Of a stretch of 64,000 bases of DNA, positions 21,514-31,250 are shown one piece after another (position 1 is the stretch's first letter; the number at the start of each line of letters is the position of its first letter). A program made the position numbers and the translations under genes. The notes below the pieces were generated by a model, which saw nothing but the letters and a program-made list of their open reading frames with translations, was not told where the DNA came from and made no database searches. Source of the DNA: Oceanispirochaeta sp. (GTDB lineage: Bacteria > Spirochaetota > Spirochaetia > DSM-2461); the NCBI GenBank assembly GCA_963663385.2, contig CAXXXD010000003.1:544001-608000 (forward strand), given 5' to 3'.

Positions 21514-22551
21514 TTGGCCGATCGCGTAATAGCCGAGCGTTGTGAACTCTCGGCCCTTCAATCTGACTCTCTCTATAATGGTTTTCTTCAAACCCCCTTC
21601 TGGGCCCGCCAGAAGGCAGCTTTCGGCTGGAAGGCCGAGGCGGTCAAATGGCGGCAGGGCGAGGAGCGAGGGGTTCTTCTCGTATTGATAAAAAAACTCC
21701 CCGCCGGACTGGCTTTTGCCTATATCCCCGGTGCTCCTTCGCTGGATACGGCAGCAGAAGACCGAAAAGGTTTTCTGGAGGCTCTTTCCCGTGAACTCCG
21801 GGGGGTATTGCCTCTCGGGTGTTTCTTTATCCGTTACGATATGCCGGATTTTTCCACGGAAGAAGATGTTCTGCCGGATTTTCGGGATGTTTTGAAAAAA
21901 GCGCCCATGGATATTCAGCCCCCGGATACGGTCGTTTTAAACCTCAGGGAGGGATATGAAGCCCTGCTGCCGGGGATGCATAAGAAAACCCGTTACAATA
22001 TCCGTCTTTCTGAAAAGAAAGGGGTAAGAGTCGAAACGGCCGGGATAGAAAAACTGCAGGACTGGTATGAACTGAATAAAGTTACTGTAGAGCGGGACAG
22101 GATAGCCCTCCGTCCCTACAGGTACTATGAGCGATTGTTCCGGGAACTGGAGGGAGAGGACGCGCAGCTGACCCTCTACCTGGCCTATCATGGGGAAGAA
22201 CTTCTGGCTGGGATTATTGTTCTGTTCAATCAAAAGGAAGCCGTGTATCTGTACGGGGCCTCCTCCAATAACAAACGGAATCTGATGCCCGCCTATGCCC
22301 TTCAGGCACGGGCTATCCGGGATGCTGCTGATGCCGGTTGTGAAGAGTATGATCTCTACGGTTGTCCTCCCTCTGCCGATCCGGACCATCCTATGGCAGG
22401 GTTGTTCCGTTTTAAAACCGGTTTCGGAGGAGAACTGCGTCACCGGACCGGGGCCTGGGATTATCCATACAGCAGGTTGTTCTATGGCTTGTACCGGCTT
22501 ATGGAGGCGGGACGGCGCTGGTATCATAAAAGCTGGAAAAAAAGAGGGTAG
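21514..22551 (+). CDS. femX: FemABX-family peptidoglycan aminoacyltransferase
   Basis: Motifs FLQT..W, KTRYNIR..KKG, YLYGAS, YDLYG and GL.RFKTGFGG. Confidence 0.88.
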   Translation: MADRVIAERCELSALQSDSLYNGFLQTPFWARQKAAFGWKAEAVKWRQGEERGVLLVLIKKLPAGLAFAYIPGAPSLDTAAEDRKGFLEALSRELRGVLPLGCFFIRYDMPDFSTEEDVLPDFRDVLKKAPMDIQPPDTVVLNLREGYEALLPGMHKKTRYNIRLSEKKGVRVETAGIEKLQDWYELNKVTVERDRIALRPYRYYERLFRELEGEDAQLTLYLAYHGEELLAGIIVLFNQKEAVYLYGASSNNKRNLMPAYALQARAIRDAADAGCEEYDLYGCPPSADPDHPMAGLFRFKTGFGGELRHRTGAWDYPYSRLFYGLYRLMEAGRRWYHKSWKKRG

Positions 22552-22673
22552 GGGCCTCCGGAGACCCCCACTTGTCATACCTCCGGAAAAAATGCCAACA
22601 GGTATACTCATTTTCAGACTATAATTTATTCAAAACAAGCATTATACCTAATTGCTTTGAACAGGAGTGAATT

Positions 22674-24446
22674 ATGTCTGTAGAGAAAAAATCGCCCGTA
22701 CCCTCGGATCTGGATATTGCTCAGTCTGCCACCATACTTCCCATCGATAAGGTTGCCGGAAAATTCGGATTGCATAAGGATGATATCATTCCCTACGGAG
22801 ACACAAAGGCTAAAATCCGATTGTCCGCATTGGATCGGCTGGAAAAAGCCTGCTCCGGGAAAAAAGCAAAGTATATAGATGTTACAGCAATAACCCCAAC
22901 GCCTCTGGGCGAAGGGAAGACTACCACAACCGTTGGTCTGACCGAAGGATTGGCATACAACGGTTTTAAATCCCTCTGTGCCATACGACAGCCCTCAATG
23001 GGCCCGACATTCGGAATCAAGGGCGGCGCCGCAGGAGGCGGATACAGTCAGGTTGTACCCATGGAGGAGTTTAATCTTCATCTGACAGGAGATCTCCACG
23101 CTGTCAGTGCCGCCCATAATCTGGGGGCGGCTGCGGTGGATGCCCGTATTTATCACGAAGGAAGGTGGAGCGATGCCTTTCTGGCCAGGCAGGGACTCTC
23201 CCGGCTTGATGCGGATCCCTACAACGTTCTGTGGCGTCGGGTGGTGGATATGAATGACAGATCCCTCCGGAATATAATGACCGGGCTGGGTGAGCTGGGA
23301 GACGGCCCGATCCGGCAGTCGGGGTTCGATATTACAGTGGCAAGTGAACTCATGGCTATCCTGGCCCTTTCCACAAGTCTGAAGGATATGCGAGAGCGGA
23401 TCGGCCGTATGGTAATGGCCATGGATAAAAAGGGAAACCCTCTTACGGCGGAGGATTTCGGAGTAGCCGGAGCTATGGCTGTCCTTTTGAAGGATGCCCT
23501 TATGCCGAATCTGATGCAGACCATGGAAGAACAGGGCGCACTTGTCCATACAGGCCCCTTTGCCAATATCGCTCACGGGAACTCTTCGGTGATTGCAGAC
23601 TATCTTGGAATGAAAATGGGTGACTATCTGGTGACTGAATCCGGGTTCGGTTCCGATGTGGGGATGGAAAAATTCTTTCATATCAAGTGCCGGACGTCCG
23701 GTCTGGTCCCCGATGCGGTTGTTATGGTGGCTACTGTAAGGGCCCTGAAAATGCATGGAGGCGGTCCTGCTGTCAACCCGGGTAAACCTCTGGATCCTGT
23801 CTATAAAGAAAAGAACATCGACCTGTTGAAGAAAGGCTGCGGTAATCTTGCAGTGCATATCAAAAATACCCGGAAGTTCGGTGTTCCGGTTGTGGTTGCC
23901 ATAAATGTTTTTCCCACGGATGATCCGCAGGAATGGGATATTATCCGGGCAGCCGCTCTCGAAGCGGGCGCTGTCGACGCGGTTGTGTCCCGTCACTGGG
24001 AGAAGGGGGGAGAAGGCGCTTCCGAACTGGCGAAGGTTGTGGAAAAGGCTGCCGATGAACCGTCGGAGTTCCGTTACCTCTATGAACTGGATATGCCTGT
24101 GACAGAGAAAATTGAAATCCTGGCCAGAGAAGTATATGGTGCGGGAGGGGTTGAGTTTACCCGTGAAGCAAGGAAAAACCTGGACCGTTTTGAAGGAATG
24201 GGCTTTGGAAATCTTCCTGTCTGTATGGCTAAAACCCAGTACTCCCTGAGTCATGATCCCCTGGTTAAAAATGTTCCTCAACCGGGGTATATCTTTCCTG
24301 TTCAGGACATACGTGTCAGTGCGGGTGCCGGGTTTATCTACCCTCTGGCAGGAGACATTCGAACCATGCCGGGGCTGGGAAGCAAGCCTGCCTTTATGAA
24401 TATGGATATCGATCCCGAAACCGGCAGAATAACCGGCCTGTTTTAA
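22674..24446 (+). CDS. fhs: Formate--tetrahydrofolate ligase
   Basis: Motifs TPLGEGKTT, KGGAAGGGYSQ, GPFANIAHG, CMAKTQYS and TMPGL. Confidence 0.97.
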   Translation: MSVEKKSPVPSDLDIAQSATILPIDKVAGKFGLHKDDIIPYGDTKAKIRLSALDRLEKACSGKKAKYIDVTAITPTPLGEGKTTTTVGLTEGLAYNGFKSLCAIRQPSMGPTFGIKGGAAGGGYSQVVPMEEFNLHLTGDLHAVSAAHNLGAAAVDARIYHEGRWSDAFLARQGLSRLDADPYNVLWRRVVDMNDRSLRNIMTGLGELGDGPIRQSGFDITVASELMAILALSTSLKDMRERIGRMVMAMDKKGNPLTAEDFGVAGAMAVLLKDALMPNLMQTMEEQGALVHTGPFANIAHGNSSVIADYLGMKMGDYLVTESGFGSDVGMEKFFHIKCRTSGLVPDAVVMVATVRALKMHGGGPAVNPGKPLDPVYKEKNIDLLKKGCGNLAVHIKNTRKFGVPVVVAINVFPTDDPQEWDIIRAAALEAGAVDAVVSRHWEKGGEGASELAKVVEKAADEPSEFRYLYELDMPVTEKIEILAREVYGAGGVEFTREARKNLDRFEGMGFGNLPVCMAKTQYSLSHDPLVKNVPQPGYIFPVQDIRVSAGAGFIYPLAGDIRTMPGLGSKPAFMNMDIDPETGRITGLF

Positions 24447-24448
24447 AA

Positions 24449-24578
24449 CACTCTCAATCTCCCCTCATGGGGTGAGGTTGTTTGATACAATTTTTTTTCC
24501 GAACTTCTGGTCTTAAGTTCTCTATATAGAGTGAAAAGCAAGACGTTCTCCCCTCCTGTGGAGGGGCTGGGGGAGGTG
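24449..24578. repeat. REP-like composite palindromic element (CCCCTCC/GGAGGGG type)
   Basis: Left arm CTCTCAATCTCCCC..GGGG and right arm CCCCTCC-tgt-GGAGGGG-ctgggggaggtg. A similar element lies at 41276-41372. Confidence 0.6.
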
Positions 24579-24580
24579 CA

Positions 24581-24606
24581 GGTGATTGAGCGAAGCCGAA
24601 ATCACC
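24581..24606. repeat. Second REP-like palindrome GGTGATTGAGCGAAGCCGAAATCACC
   Basis: GGTGATT/AATCACC arms around a GAGCGAAGCCGA core. Overlaps the trmL stop codon. Confidence 0.5.
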
Positions 24607-25096
24607 ATTTGAGGCGGTGTAGCTGTCCCTCCGTCTCCAATCCCCTGAACTCCCTCTGTTTCAGGGCTTCGTAGCAGACTATGGCTGCTGCATTGGATAG
24701 ATTCAGGGAGCGTATATCCTCTTTCATGGGAATACGGATACAGGTCTCGGGGTTTTTTTTAAGCAGTTCTTCCGGGAGCCCCGAAGACTCTTTTCCGAAA
24801 ATGATATAGCTGTTGGGCGGGTATACGACATCCGCATAGGTGCGGCGGGCCTTGGTTGAGCAGTAAAAGAAATTCCCGTTGCTGTTCTGATGTAAAAAGT
24901 CTTCCAGACTGGTATAGACAAACAGAGTCAGTTTATCCCAATAGTCCAGTCCGGCCCGTCGGACAGATTTCTCATCGATCGAGAAACCCAGGGGCTCAAT
25001 TAGGTGGAGGGCTGTCCCTGTGGCAGCGCATGTTCGGGCAATATTCCCCGTATTCTGTGGTATTTCCGGTTCATGAAGAACGATATTCAAACCCAT
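24602..25096 (-). CDS. trmL: tRNA (cytidine/uridine-34 2'-O)-methyltransferase
   Basis: Motifs PEIPQNTGNIAR, RRAGLDYW, FGKESSGL and RSLNLSN. Confidence 0.93.
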   Translation of the reverse strand: MGLNIVLHEPEIPQNTGNIARTCAATGTALHLIEPLGFSIDEKSVRRAGLDYWDKLTLFVYTSLEDFLHQNSNGNFFYCSTKARRTYADVVYPPNSYIIFGKESSGLPEELLKKNPETCIRIPMKEDIRSLNLSNAAAIVCYEALKQREFRGLETEGQLHRLKW

Positions 25097-25105
25097 GAAT
25101 CCCTC

Positions 25106-27154
25106 CTATAATTGTGCCAGTTTCTGAATATTGAGAATAGCCGGTATGGACCGTATATTTTTAGCAATTTTCTTGAAATCGTCGGTTCTGTTCATCTCGA
25201 CCGTAAAGAACCCTTCCAGGTCCCCCCTGTCTGTCTCATTGATGCTGCCCGAAATCAGGTGTCCCTGGTATTTACGGATAGCTCCCTCTATTTCAGAAAA
25301 TAGATCGGGAACATTGTGGGCCATAACCCGGAATCGCTGGGTAGCCCTGCTGGAATAACTTTCCCATGCCACATCGATTTTCCGTATTTCAAAGTCATTG
25401 ATCCCCTTCAGGTTGCTGCAGTCGGAGCGGTGTACGATAATGCCCCTGCCGCGGGAAATAAAACCGATAATGTCGTCGCCGGGGGTAGGGTTGCAGCACT
25501 GGGCCAGGCGAATCATGATATTCCTTTCATGGTTGATGCTGACCCCGACCTTGGTGGTATCAATCATCTTGTTCTGAACAGCCTTTTCTTCAGAAAACTG
25601 TACTTTTTTCTGTTCAGACGGACCTGTCTCAGTATTCTGGGACGAGTGATGTTTTTTGGCAACAACATGGCGGTCTATTATCAGATCGTTGTCATGCTTG
25701 TTAAGCCAGTTCCGTATCTTTGAACGGGCTCTCGTTGTTTTGACAAAGCGGAGCCAGTTCAGATGGGGGTGTGCATTGGGAGAAGTTTGTATGGAAACAG
25801 TCTGAGTGTTCTTAAGGGGTTTATTCAGGGGAATAATGGAATCATCCGCTTTGGCGCTCAGGCAGTGATCTCCAACAGCCGTATGAATATGGTAGGCAAA
25901 ATCCACGGCGGTGGATCCCTGAGGCAGCTCGAATGTATCCCCCTCCGGTGTAAAAACAAAGATTGTATCCGAAAGAACATCCTCTTTCAGGCTGTTCATA
26001 AAATCACCCGATGTATAGGGTTCGCTGTTTATATCTTTGAGTTTCTGCAGAAGATTCTGATTGAAACTGTCCAGTTCAGAACCCTTTTTACCCTCTTTGT
26101 AAGCCCAGTGTGCCGCTATTCCGAATTCTGCGGTTTCATTCATTTCTACAGTGCGGATCTGTATTTCCAGGGGTTTTCCTATGCGGGTCATTACAGTCGT
26201 ATGAAGGCTCTTGTACCCATTCTCCTTGGGCATGGCAATATAGTCTTTGAAACGCCCGGCCAGCGGTTTGAACAGATGGTGTACCAACCCCAGAATGGTG
26301 TAGCACTCCTGCGGACTCTGGCAGAGAATACGGATCCCAAGAAAATCATAGATTTCGTCCAGTTCCTTACCCTTAGTCTTCATTTTCTGATAGATGGAAA
26401 AAAAGTGTTTGGCTCTGGTTTTTATCTGAATGGAAATTTTCTCTTCCTGGGAGGCTTCAACAATCTGCTTTTCCACGGCTTTAAGGAAGTCCGCGCGCTG
26501 CCCTTTCTTTTCACTCAGAAACGCTTTTATCTCATTGTATATATCGGGTTTCAGGAATTTGAGAGACAGATCTTCCAGTTCTGTTTTAATGGTATAGATT
26601 CCCAGTTTCCCCGCAAGGGGAGCATAGATATCGAGACACTCCCGGGCAATTCTTTTCTGCTTGTCCGGCCTCATATACTGCAGGGTATTCATGTTGTGGC
26701 GTTTATCCGCCAGTTTGATCAGGATAACCCGGATATCCTTATCCATGGCCAGGATCATTTTCCGGATGGTTTCTCTTTCCTGAACAGTTTTGTTCTTGAC
26801 GTTGACAATATTGATTTTTGTCACACCGTTTACCAGGTGTTCCACCTCTCTGCCGAAACGTTCATATATTTCCTGTCTGGTTGTGTCTGTATCCTCCAGA
26901 ATATCATGAAGAAGGGCTGCCGTAATGGCTGTGGCATCCAGCTGGAGCCCTATCAGAATTCTGGCAACATTGATAGGATGGATAATATAGGGTTCGCCGC
27001 TGGCTCTCTTCTGACCGGCATGAAGTGACTGGGCCCAGTAGGCAGCCTGCAGGATCTCCTCTTTTTCCTCTTTTGTATAATCTGTTAAGGTTTTCGAGAA
27101 GTTCTTGATGAGCTTTTCAATCTGATCTTCTGTAACCAGCTTCTGACTATTCAT
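25106..27154 (-). CDS. rel: Bifunctional (p)ppGpp synthetase/hydrolase
   Basis: HD motif LLHD..ED, synthetase motifs RFKD / YKSLHT / EIQIRT, plus TGS, CC and ACT regions. Confidence 0.95.
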   Translation of the reverse strand: MNSQKLVTEDQIEKLIKNFSKTLTDYTKEEKEEILQAAYWAQSLHAGQKRASGEPYIIHPINVARILIGLQLDATAITAALLHDILEDTDTTRQEIYERFGREVEHLVNGVTKINIVNVKNKTVQERETIRKMILAMDKDIRVILIKLADKRHNMNTLQYMRPDKQKRIARECLDIYAPLAGKLGIYTIKTELEDLSLKFLKPDIYNEIKAFLSEKKGQRADFLKAVEKQIVEASQEEKISIQIKTRAKHFFSIYQKMKTKGKELDEIYDFLGIRILCQSPQECYTILGLVHHLFKPLAGRFKDYIAMPKENGYKSLHTTVMTRIGKPLEIQIRTVEMNETAEFGIAAHWAYKEGKKGSELDSFNQNLLQKLKDINSEPYTSGDFMNSLKEDVLSDTIFVFTPEGDTFELPQGSTAVDFAYHIHTAVGDHCLSAKADDSIIPLNKPLKNTQTVSIQTSPNAHPHLNWLRFVKTTRARSKIRNWLNKHDNDLIIDRHVVAKKHHSSQNTETGPSEQKKVQFSEEKAVQNKMIDTTKVGVSINHERNIMIRLAQCCNPTPGDDIIGFISRGRGIIVHRSDCSNLKGINDFEIRKIDVAWESYSSRATQRFRVMAHNVPDLFSEIEGAIRKYQGHLISGSINETDRGDLEGFFTVEMNRTDDFKKIAKNIRSIPAILNIQKLAQL

Positions 27155-27987
27155 TGTTTTATTCCAGCTATCACTCTATCCCTATCTTCGATGTCCTGCA
27201 AGATACAGATCTGAGCGAATCCGGCATCATTCATAAGCTTCTCCATCTCTCCCATTTGAGGGGGCGCTGCTTCAATCATCAGACAGCCTCCGGTATTCAG
27301 TCTTTTAAAAGCTTCGGGGATGATGATCCTTATCAGGTCCAGGCCGTCAACTCCGCCGTCCAGGGCTAATGAGGGTTCTTTCCAGCCTTCATTCATTCGC
27401 TGGTCCGTTTCATCTGTGGTCAGGTAGGGAGGGTTGGTTACAATAAGATCGAAAGGTCCCTTCAGTTCCTCAAAAAGGGAGGTTCTTGTAAAAGGTACAC
27501 GTAAACTGTCGGAGCATAGTTCTTCCCGGTTTTTCCGGAAAATCTCTTCGGATACCGGAGAAATGTCAGAGGCCGAAACGCTTATCTCCGGATTTTCCAG
27601 GGCAAGGGTAAGGGCAATGCAGCCGCTTCCGGTACATAGATCATGCACACTTCTGTAGTTTGAACGGCAGATCCTTTCCATAGCCTCTTCTATCAGCACT
27701 TCCGTATCCGGCCGGGGACAGAGGATGCCCCGCTTGACGTAAAAGTCCCGTCCGAAGAATTCTTTCTTTCCGGTCAGGTAGGCAACCGGGTGCCCCTCCT
27801 GCCTCAGACGTATCAGTTCAAGGAATCTGATATAGTTATCCTGCGATAATTCATCGGGAAACGAGGCCAGTATCTTTTCACGTTTTTCTCCTGTCGTATG
27901 GGAAAGGAGGAGTGTGGCATCCAGCCAGGGGGAATCGGAGTCCTCCAGCAGGGAGGAGGCTTCCATAAGGGCTTCTCTATAGGTCAA
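27151..27987 (-). CDS. prmC: Release factor glutamine methyltransferase
   Basis: Motifs PRPDTE, DLCTGSG and NPPY. Directly follows prfA. Confidence 0.95.
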   Translation of the reverse strand: MTYREALMEASSLLEDSDSPWLDATLLLSHTTGEKREKILASFPDELSQDNYIRFLELIRLRQEGHPVAYLTGKKEFFGRDFYVKRGILCPRPDTEVLIEEAMERICRSNYRSVHDLCTGSGCIALTLALENPEISVSASDISPVSEEIFRKNREELCSDSLRVPFTRTSLFEELKGPFDLIVTNPPYLTTDETDQRMNEGWKEPSLALDGGVDGLDLIRIIIPEAFKRLNTGGCLMIEAAPPQMGEMEKLMNDAGFAQICILQDIEDRDRVIAGIKQ

Positions 27988-27992
27988 AGGAT

Positions 27993-29057
27993 TTACTCTT
28001 TCTTAAGGGCTTCTTCCTGAGCGCTCAGTTTCAGGGCCTGGAAGACTTCATCCATGTGCCCCTGCATTATACTGTCCAGTTTGTACAGGGTCAGGTTGAT
28101 GCGGTGATCGGTCAGTCTGTTCTGGGGAAAATTGTAGGTTCTGATCCGCTCGGAACGGTCTCCCGAACCGATCTGACTTTTCCTTGCTTCCGCTCTTTCC
28201 GAGTGCTTTTTGGCTTCTTCCGCTTCCAGCAGTCTGGAACGGAGTACTCTGAATGCTTTGGCTTTGTTCTTAATCTGCGACTTTTCATCCTGACAGGTTA
28301 CAACCAGCCCTGTGGGGAGGTGGGTGATTCTTACGGCCGAGTCGGTCGTGTTTACACTCTGCCCGCCCGGACCGGATGACCGGTAGACATCAATTTTAAG
28401 GTCCTCATTCCGGATCTCAACATCCGCTTCCTCTGCTTCGGGAAGAACCGCAACTGTAATGGCAGAGGTATGAATCCTGCCTCCCGACTCTGTGGCAGGG
28501 ACTCGCTGGACCCGGTGTACACCGGATTCGTATCTGAGATCGGCATAAACGCTTTTACCGCTGATGGAACAGATAATCTCTTTAAATCCGCCCAGCTCGA
28601 TTTCATTGGAAGACAGGATCTCCACTTTCCAGCCTTTTGTTTCGGCATAACGGGAATACATCCTGTAAAGGTCTGCGGCAAAAAGGGCCGCTTCGTCTCC
28701 GCCGGTACCGGCTCGGACCTCCATGATAATGTTTTTACCGTCCAGAGGATCTTTGGGGACCATCAGAAGACGGACTTTCTGTTCCATTTTTTCAACGGCT
28801 GCCTGCAGTTCAGCCGCTTCTTCCCTGGCCATCTCCTTCATTTCCGGATCGCTTTCGTTTTCAATCAACCCTTTTGCATCCGCCAGGCTGGCAATAAGAC
28901 CGGCATATTCATCTCCGGCTTCCATTATTTCCGCCAGATGAGTGTATTCCTGCATAATGGTTTTATATTTCTTCTGATCCCTGACAACATCAGGATCGGC
29001 TATCATTTTAGACAGTTCATTAAACCGGCCTTTCAGGCCTTCCAGTTTTTTAAGCAT
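27993..29057 (-). CDS. prfA: Peptide chain release factor 1
   Basis: GGQ motif and RF1-specific PAT tripeptide. Confidence 0.98.
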   Translation of the reverse strand: MLKKLEGLKGRFNELSKMIADPDVVRDQKKYKTIMQEYTHLAEIMEAGDEYAGLIASLADAKGLIENESDPEMKEMAREEAAELQAAVEKMEQKVRLLMVPKDPLDGKNIIMEVRAGTGGDEAALFAADLYRMYSRYAETKGWKVEILSSNEIELGGFKEIICSISGKSVYADLRYESGVHRVQRVPATESGGRIHTSAITVAVLPEAEEADVEIRNEDLKIDVYRSSGPGGQSVNTTDSAVRITHLPTGLVVTCQDEKSQIKNKAKAFRVLRSRLLEAEEAKKHSERAEARKSQIGSGDRSERIRTYNFPQNRLTDHRINLTLYKLDSIMQGHMDEVFQALKLSAQEEALKKE

Positions 29058-29163
29058 TAAAATTCTCCAGTACCATCCCTGACCGGGATGGTGGGTAAAA
29101 ACCTTTTATACCAGAATTTACGGGAGTTCGCAAGATAGCCGGCGGGATGTCTCAGAACTGTTC

Positions 29164-30261
29164 TTACTGTGAATCATACAGGCATACACGGTTGCGGCCC
29201 ATGGCCTTAGCCCGGTAGAGGGCAATATCCGCGTTCTTTATCAGATCGTCCAGGAGATTCTCCCTGCTGTATTCGGCTACTCCCACACTTATGGTAAGGT
29301 GAATACCCTTTTCCCAATCCCTGTTCTGTTCAACCTTGAGGCGCATCCTTTCGGCTACCTGCACCCCCTCTGCAAGGGGCAGGTCGTCAAGGAATACAAT
29401 AAACTCTTCCCCCCCGTACCGGGCGAACATATCCGATCCCCTGACTTCGGCAGAGCACAGACCTGTCAGTTTTTTCAGAACCTTGTCGCCCGCATCATGC
29501 CCCCAGGTATCATTTATCATTTTGAAATGATCCAGGTCTATCATGAGAAGGCACATTGTTTCTTCCGGATGCCTTTCCAGACGGATGAATTTTCTGGATA
29601 CAATCTCATTGAAGTAGAGGCGGTTAGGGGCGCCTGTCAGCATATCGTGGCGGGCTTCATGAAAGGCCAGCTCCTGAGATGTTTTCAGGTCGTTCTCCAG
29701 CTTTTTTGCCTCGGAGATATCAAGCAGTGTTGCTACTATCCCGTGAATTTCCCGGCGGTTGTACATATTCTTCAACTGTATCCGGTAATACCGGGACTGA
29801 TAGGCCTCATCCGTCTGCAGGGTAAGATGAAACAGGGTCCCCTTATGATCGATACCGCATTTCTCTATGGTGGAGATAAGCTCCCATTTTGTTTCACCCG
29901 AAAACATATCTTCCAGACGCTCAACTTTAATACAGCCGGAAATACAGTCCAGTATATTCCCCTTCCGGTCAATCAGGAGAATCGTATCATTCGAATTGCT
30001 CATAAGCAGGGCGAATCGTTTTCTTTCGCGAGTAAAGGCAGCGGTGTAGGTGATTATCAGAAGGGTGAAAATTACGGCAAAAAGTATCTGATCAAACTGC
30101 AGGAGAACCGGGTATGAGGGGTCTGTCTCCTCCTGTTCTATTTTAAAGGAGGATTCTCTGCTGCCTGGTGGGGGCAGGTAGGCATTTGCTGCAGTACAGT
30201 AAAACTGCAGGAATAGCATGAGAAAGAAGGTTGCAATTTTTTTTTTCATTTCAGGGGGCAT
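29164..30261 (-). CDS. Membrane-anchored diguanylate cyclase (PAS-like + GGDEF)
   Basis: Motifs DMLTGAPNR and DLDHFKMINDTWGH..GD, with RGSD I-site and GGEEF active site. Confidence 0.92.
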   Translation of the reverse strand: MPPEMKKKIATFFLMLFLQFYCTAANAYLPPPGSRESSFKIEQEETDPSYPVLLQFDQILFAVIFTLLIITYTAAFTRERKRFALLMSNSNDTILLIDRKGNILDCISGCIKVERLEDMFSGETKWELISTIEKCGIDHKGTLFHLTLQTDEAYQSRYYRIQLKNMYNRREIHGIVATLLDISEAKKLENDLKTSQELAFHEARHDMLTGAPNRLYFNEIVSRKFIRLERHPEETMCLLMIDLDHFKMINDTWGHDAGDKVLKKLTGLCSAEVRGSDMFARYGGEEFIVFLDDLPLAEGVQVAERMRLKVEQNRDWEKGIHLTISVGVAEYSRENLLDDLIKNADIALYRAKAMGRNRVCLYDSQ

Positions 30262-30288
30262 CCTGTTTTCCCCAATTCAAACCGCCTG

Positions 30289-31248
30289 TTAAGGAATGGT
30301 ATTCCTTAAAATCTCAAACCGGTCATAGGATTCTGTTTTAGCAAGGCAGATAATAGATTCCTTATTATCATTATAAATAATACTGGATTCCCCTTCCCAA
30401 AGCAAATCCAAAAAAACTCCTGTCAGGCAGGCTGTAATGCCATAGGGAATTTCTGTCTGTATCAACCGGGCGGGCAGGGCCCTTGAGAAGAGACTGACCT
30501 GATCTGACGTATAGGCTGTGCCGTTTGCCTTTATATCAATCCAGAGCTCCCCGGTCCGGTTGACCTCCTCCCACTCCCTGAGAAATGTATCCCGGCAGAT
30601 GGTAAGGCGTATATGATGGTCCTTTACCCTGAAGCCGTCTGCATCTTTAATATCTCCCGCGGACAGGCCGAGGATATCTTCTTCGAACTCGGTCAGAAAG
30701 TACTTATACTGGGAGTATAAGACCCGCCCTTCCGGACTGTATACAACCGCCTGATTAAAGACGCCTCTTTTTTCTGTATCATAATAAAAGCGGGTTCCCC
30801 CCAGGATATATACGCTGTATTCCCGGGATAAACTGCCCCATAGGCTATCTAGAAAATCCTCTGTATCGGACGATCCGGAGCTGAAAAGATCCTTAAGGGA
30901 TGTCAGGGCGGGGCGGTCCCGGATTATATCCTGCCAGACCTGCTCAAACGGCTTATCTTCCAGCAGATAGCTGTTCCAGGGAATGAGCGAGGCAAATACG
31001 CCCAGGTATTCCGGAAAGATCAGCAGATCCGCCGGTCCTTCCGCCATAGCCGCTTCTACAGCTTTCCGGACGGCCGATTCATAGGCCCTTTCGGAAAATA
31101 TCATATCCCTGTTCATTTCGAACTGTACGGTTACGGTTGTCAGTTCCTCGCCGGGTGTAAGAGAGTAAAGAGGGAGGAATCCTGACAGGAGTAAAAATAA
31201 AAAAGCTTTCCTCAGGGAGGAGGAAAGCTGTAATAGATAAATGGGCAT
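30289..31248 (-). CDS. Carbon-nitrogen hydrolase (nitrilase superfamily) with a probable signal peptide
   Basis: Catalytic triad motifs IFPEY, QYK and TICRD. Hydrophobic N-terminus. Confidence 0.8.
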   Translation of the reverse strand: MPIYLLQLSSSLRKAFLFLLLSGFLPLYSLTPGEELTTVTVQFEMNRDMIFSERAYESAVRKAVEAAMAEGPADLLIFPEYLGVFASLIPWNSYLLEDKPFEQVWQDIIRDRPALTSLKDLFSSGSSDTEDFLDSLWGSLSREYSVYILGGTRFYYDTEKRGVFNQAVVYSPEGRVLYSQYKYFLTEFEEDILGLSAGDIKDADGFRVKDHHIRLTICRDTFLREWEEVNRTGELWIDIKANGTAYTSDQVSLFSRALPARLIQTEIPYGITACLTGVFLDLLWEGESSIIYNDNKESIICLAKTESYDRFEILRNTIP

Positions 31249-31250
31249 GT

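Noticed and set aside
19375..21591. 738-aa antisense ORF opposite metG
   Set aside because: It has no motifs and mirrors metG codons. Similar shadows occur opposite fhs, rel and topA.
22552..22673. ZTP or THF riboswitch upstream of fhs
   Set aside because: No consensus elements are recognisable; there is only a short hairpin and an AT-rich promoter region.
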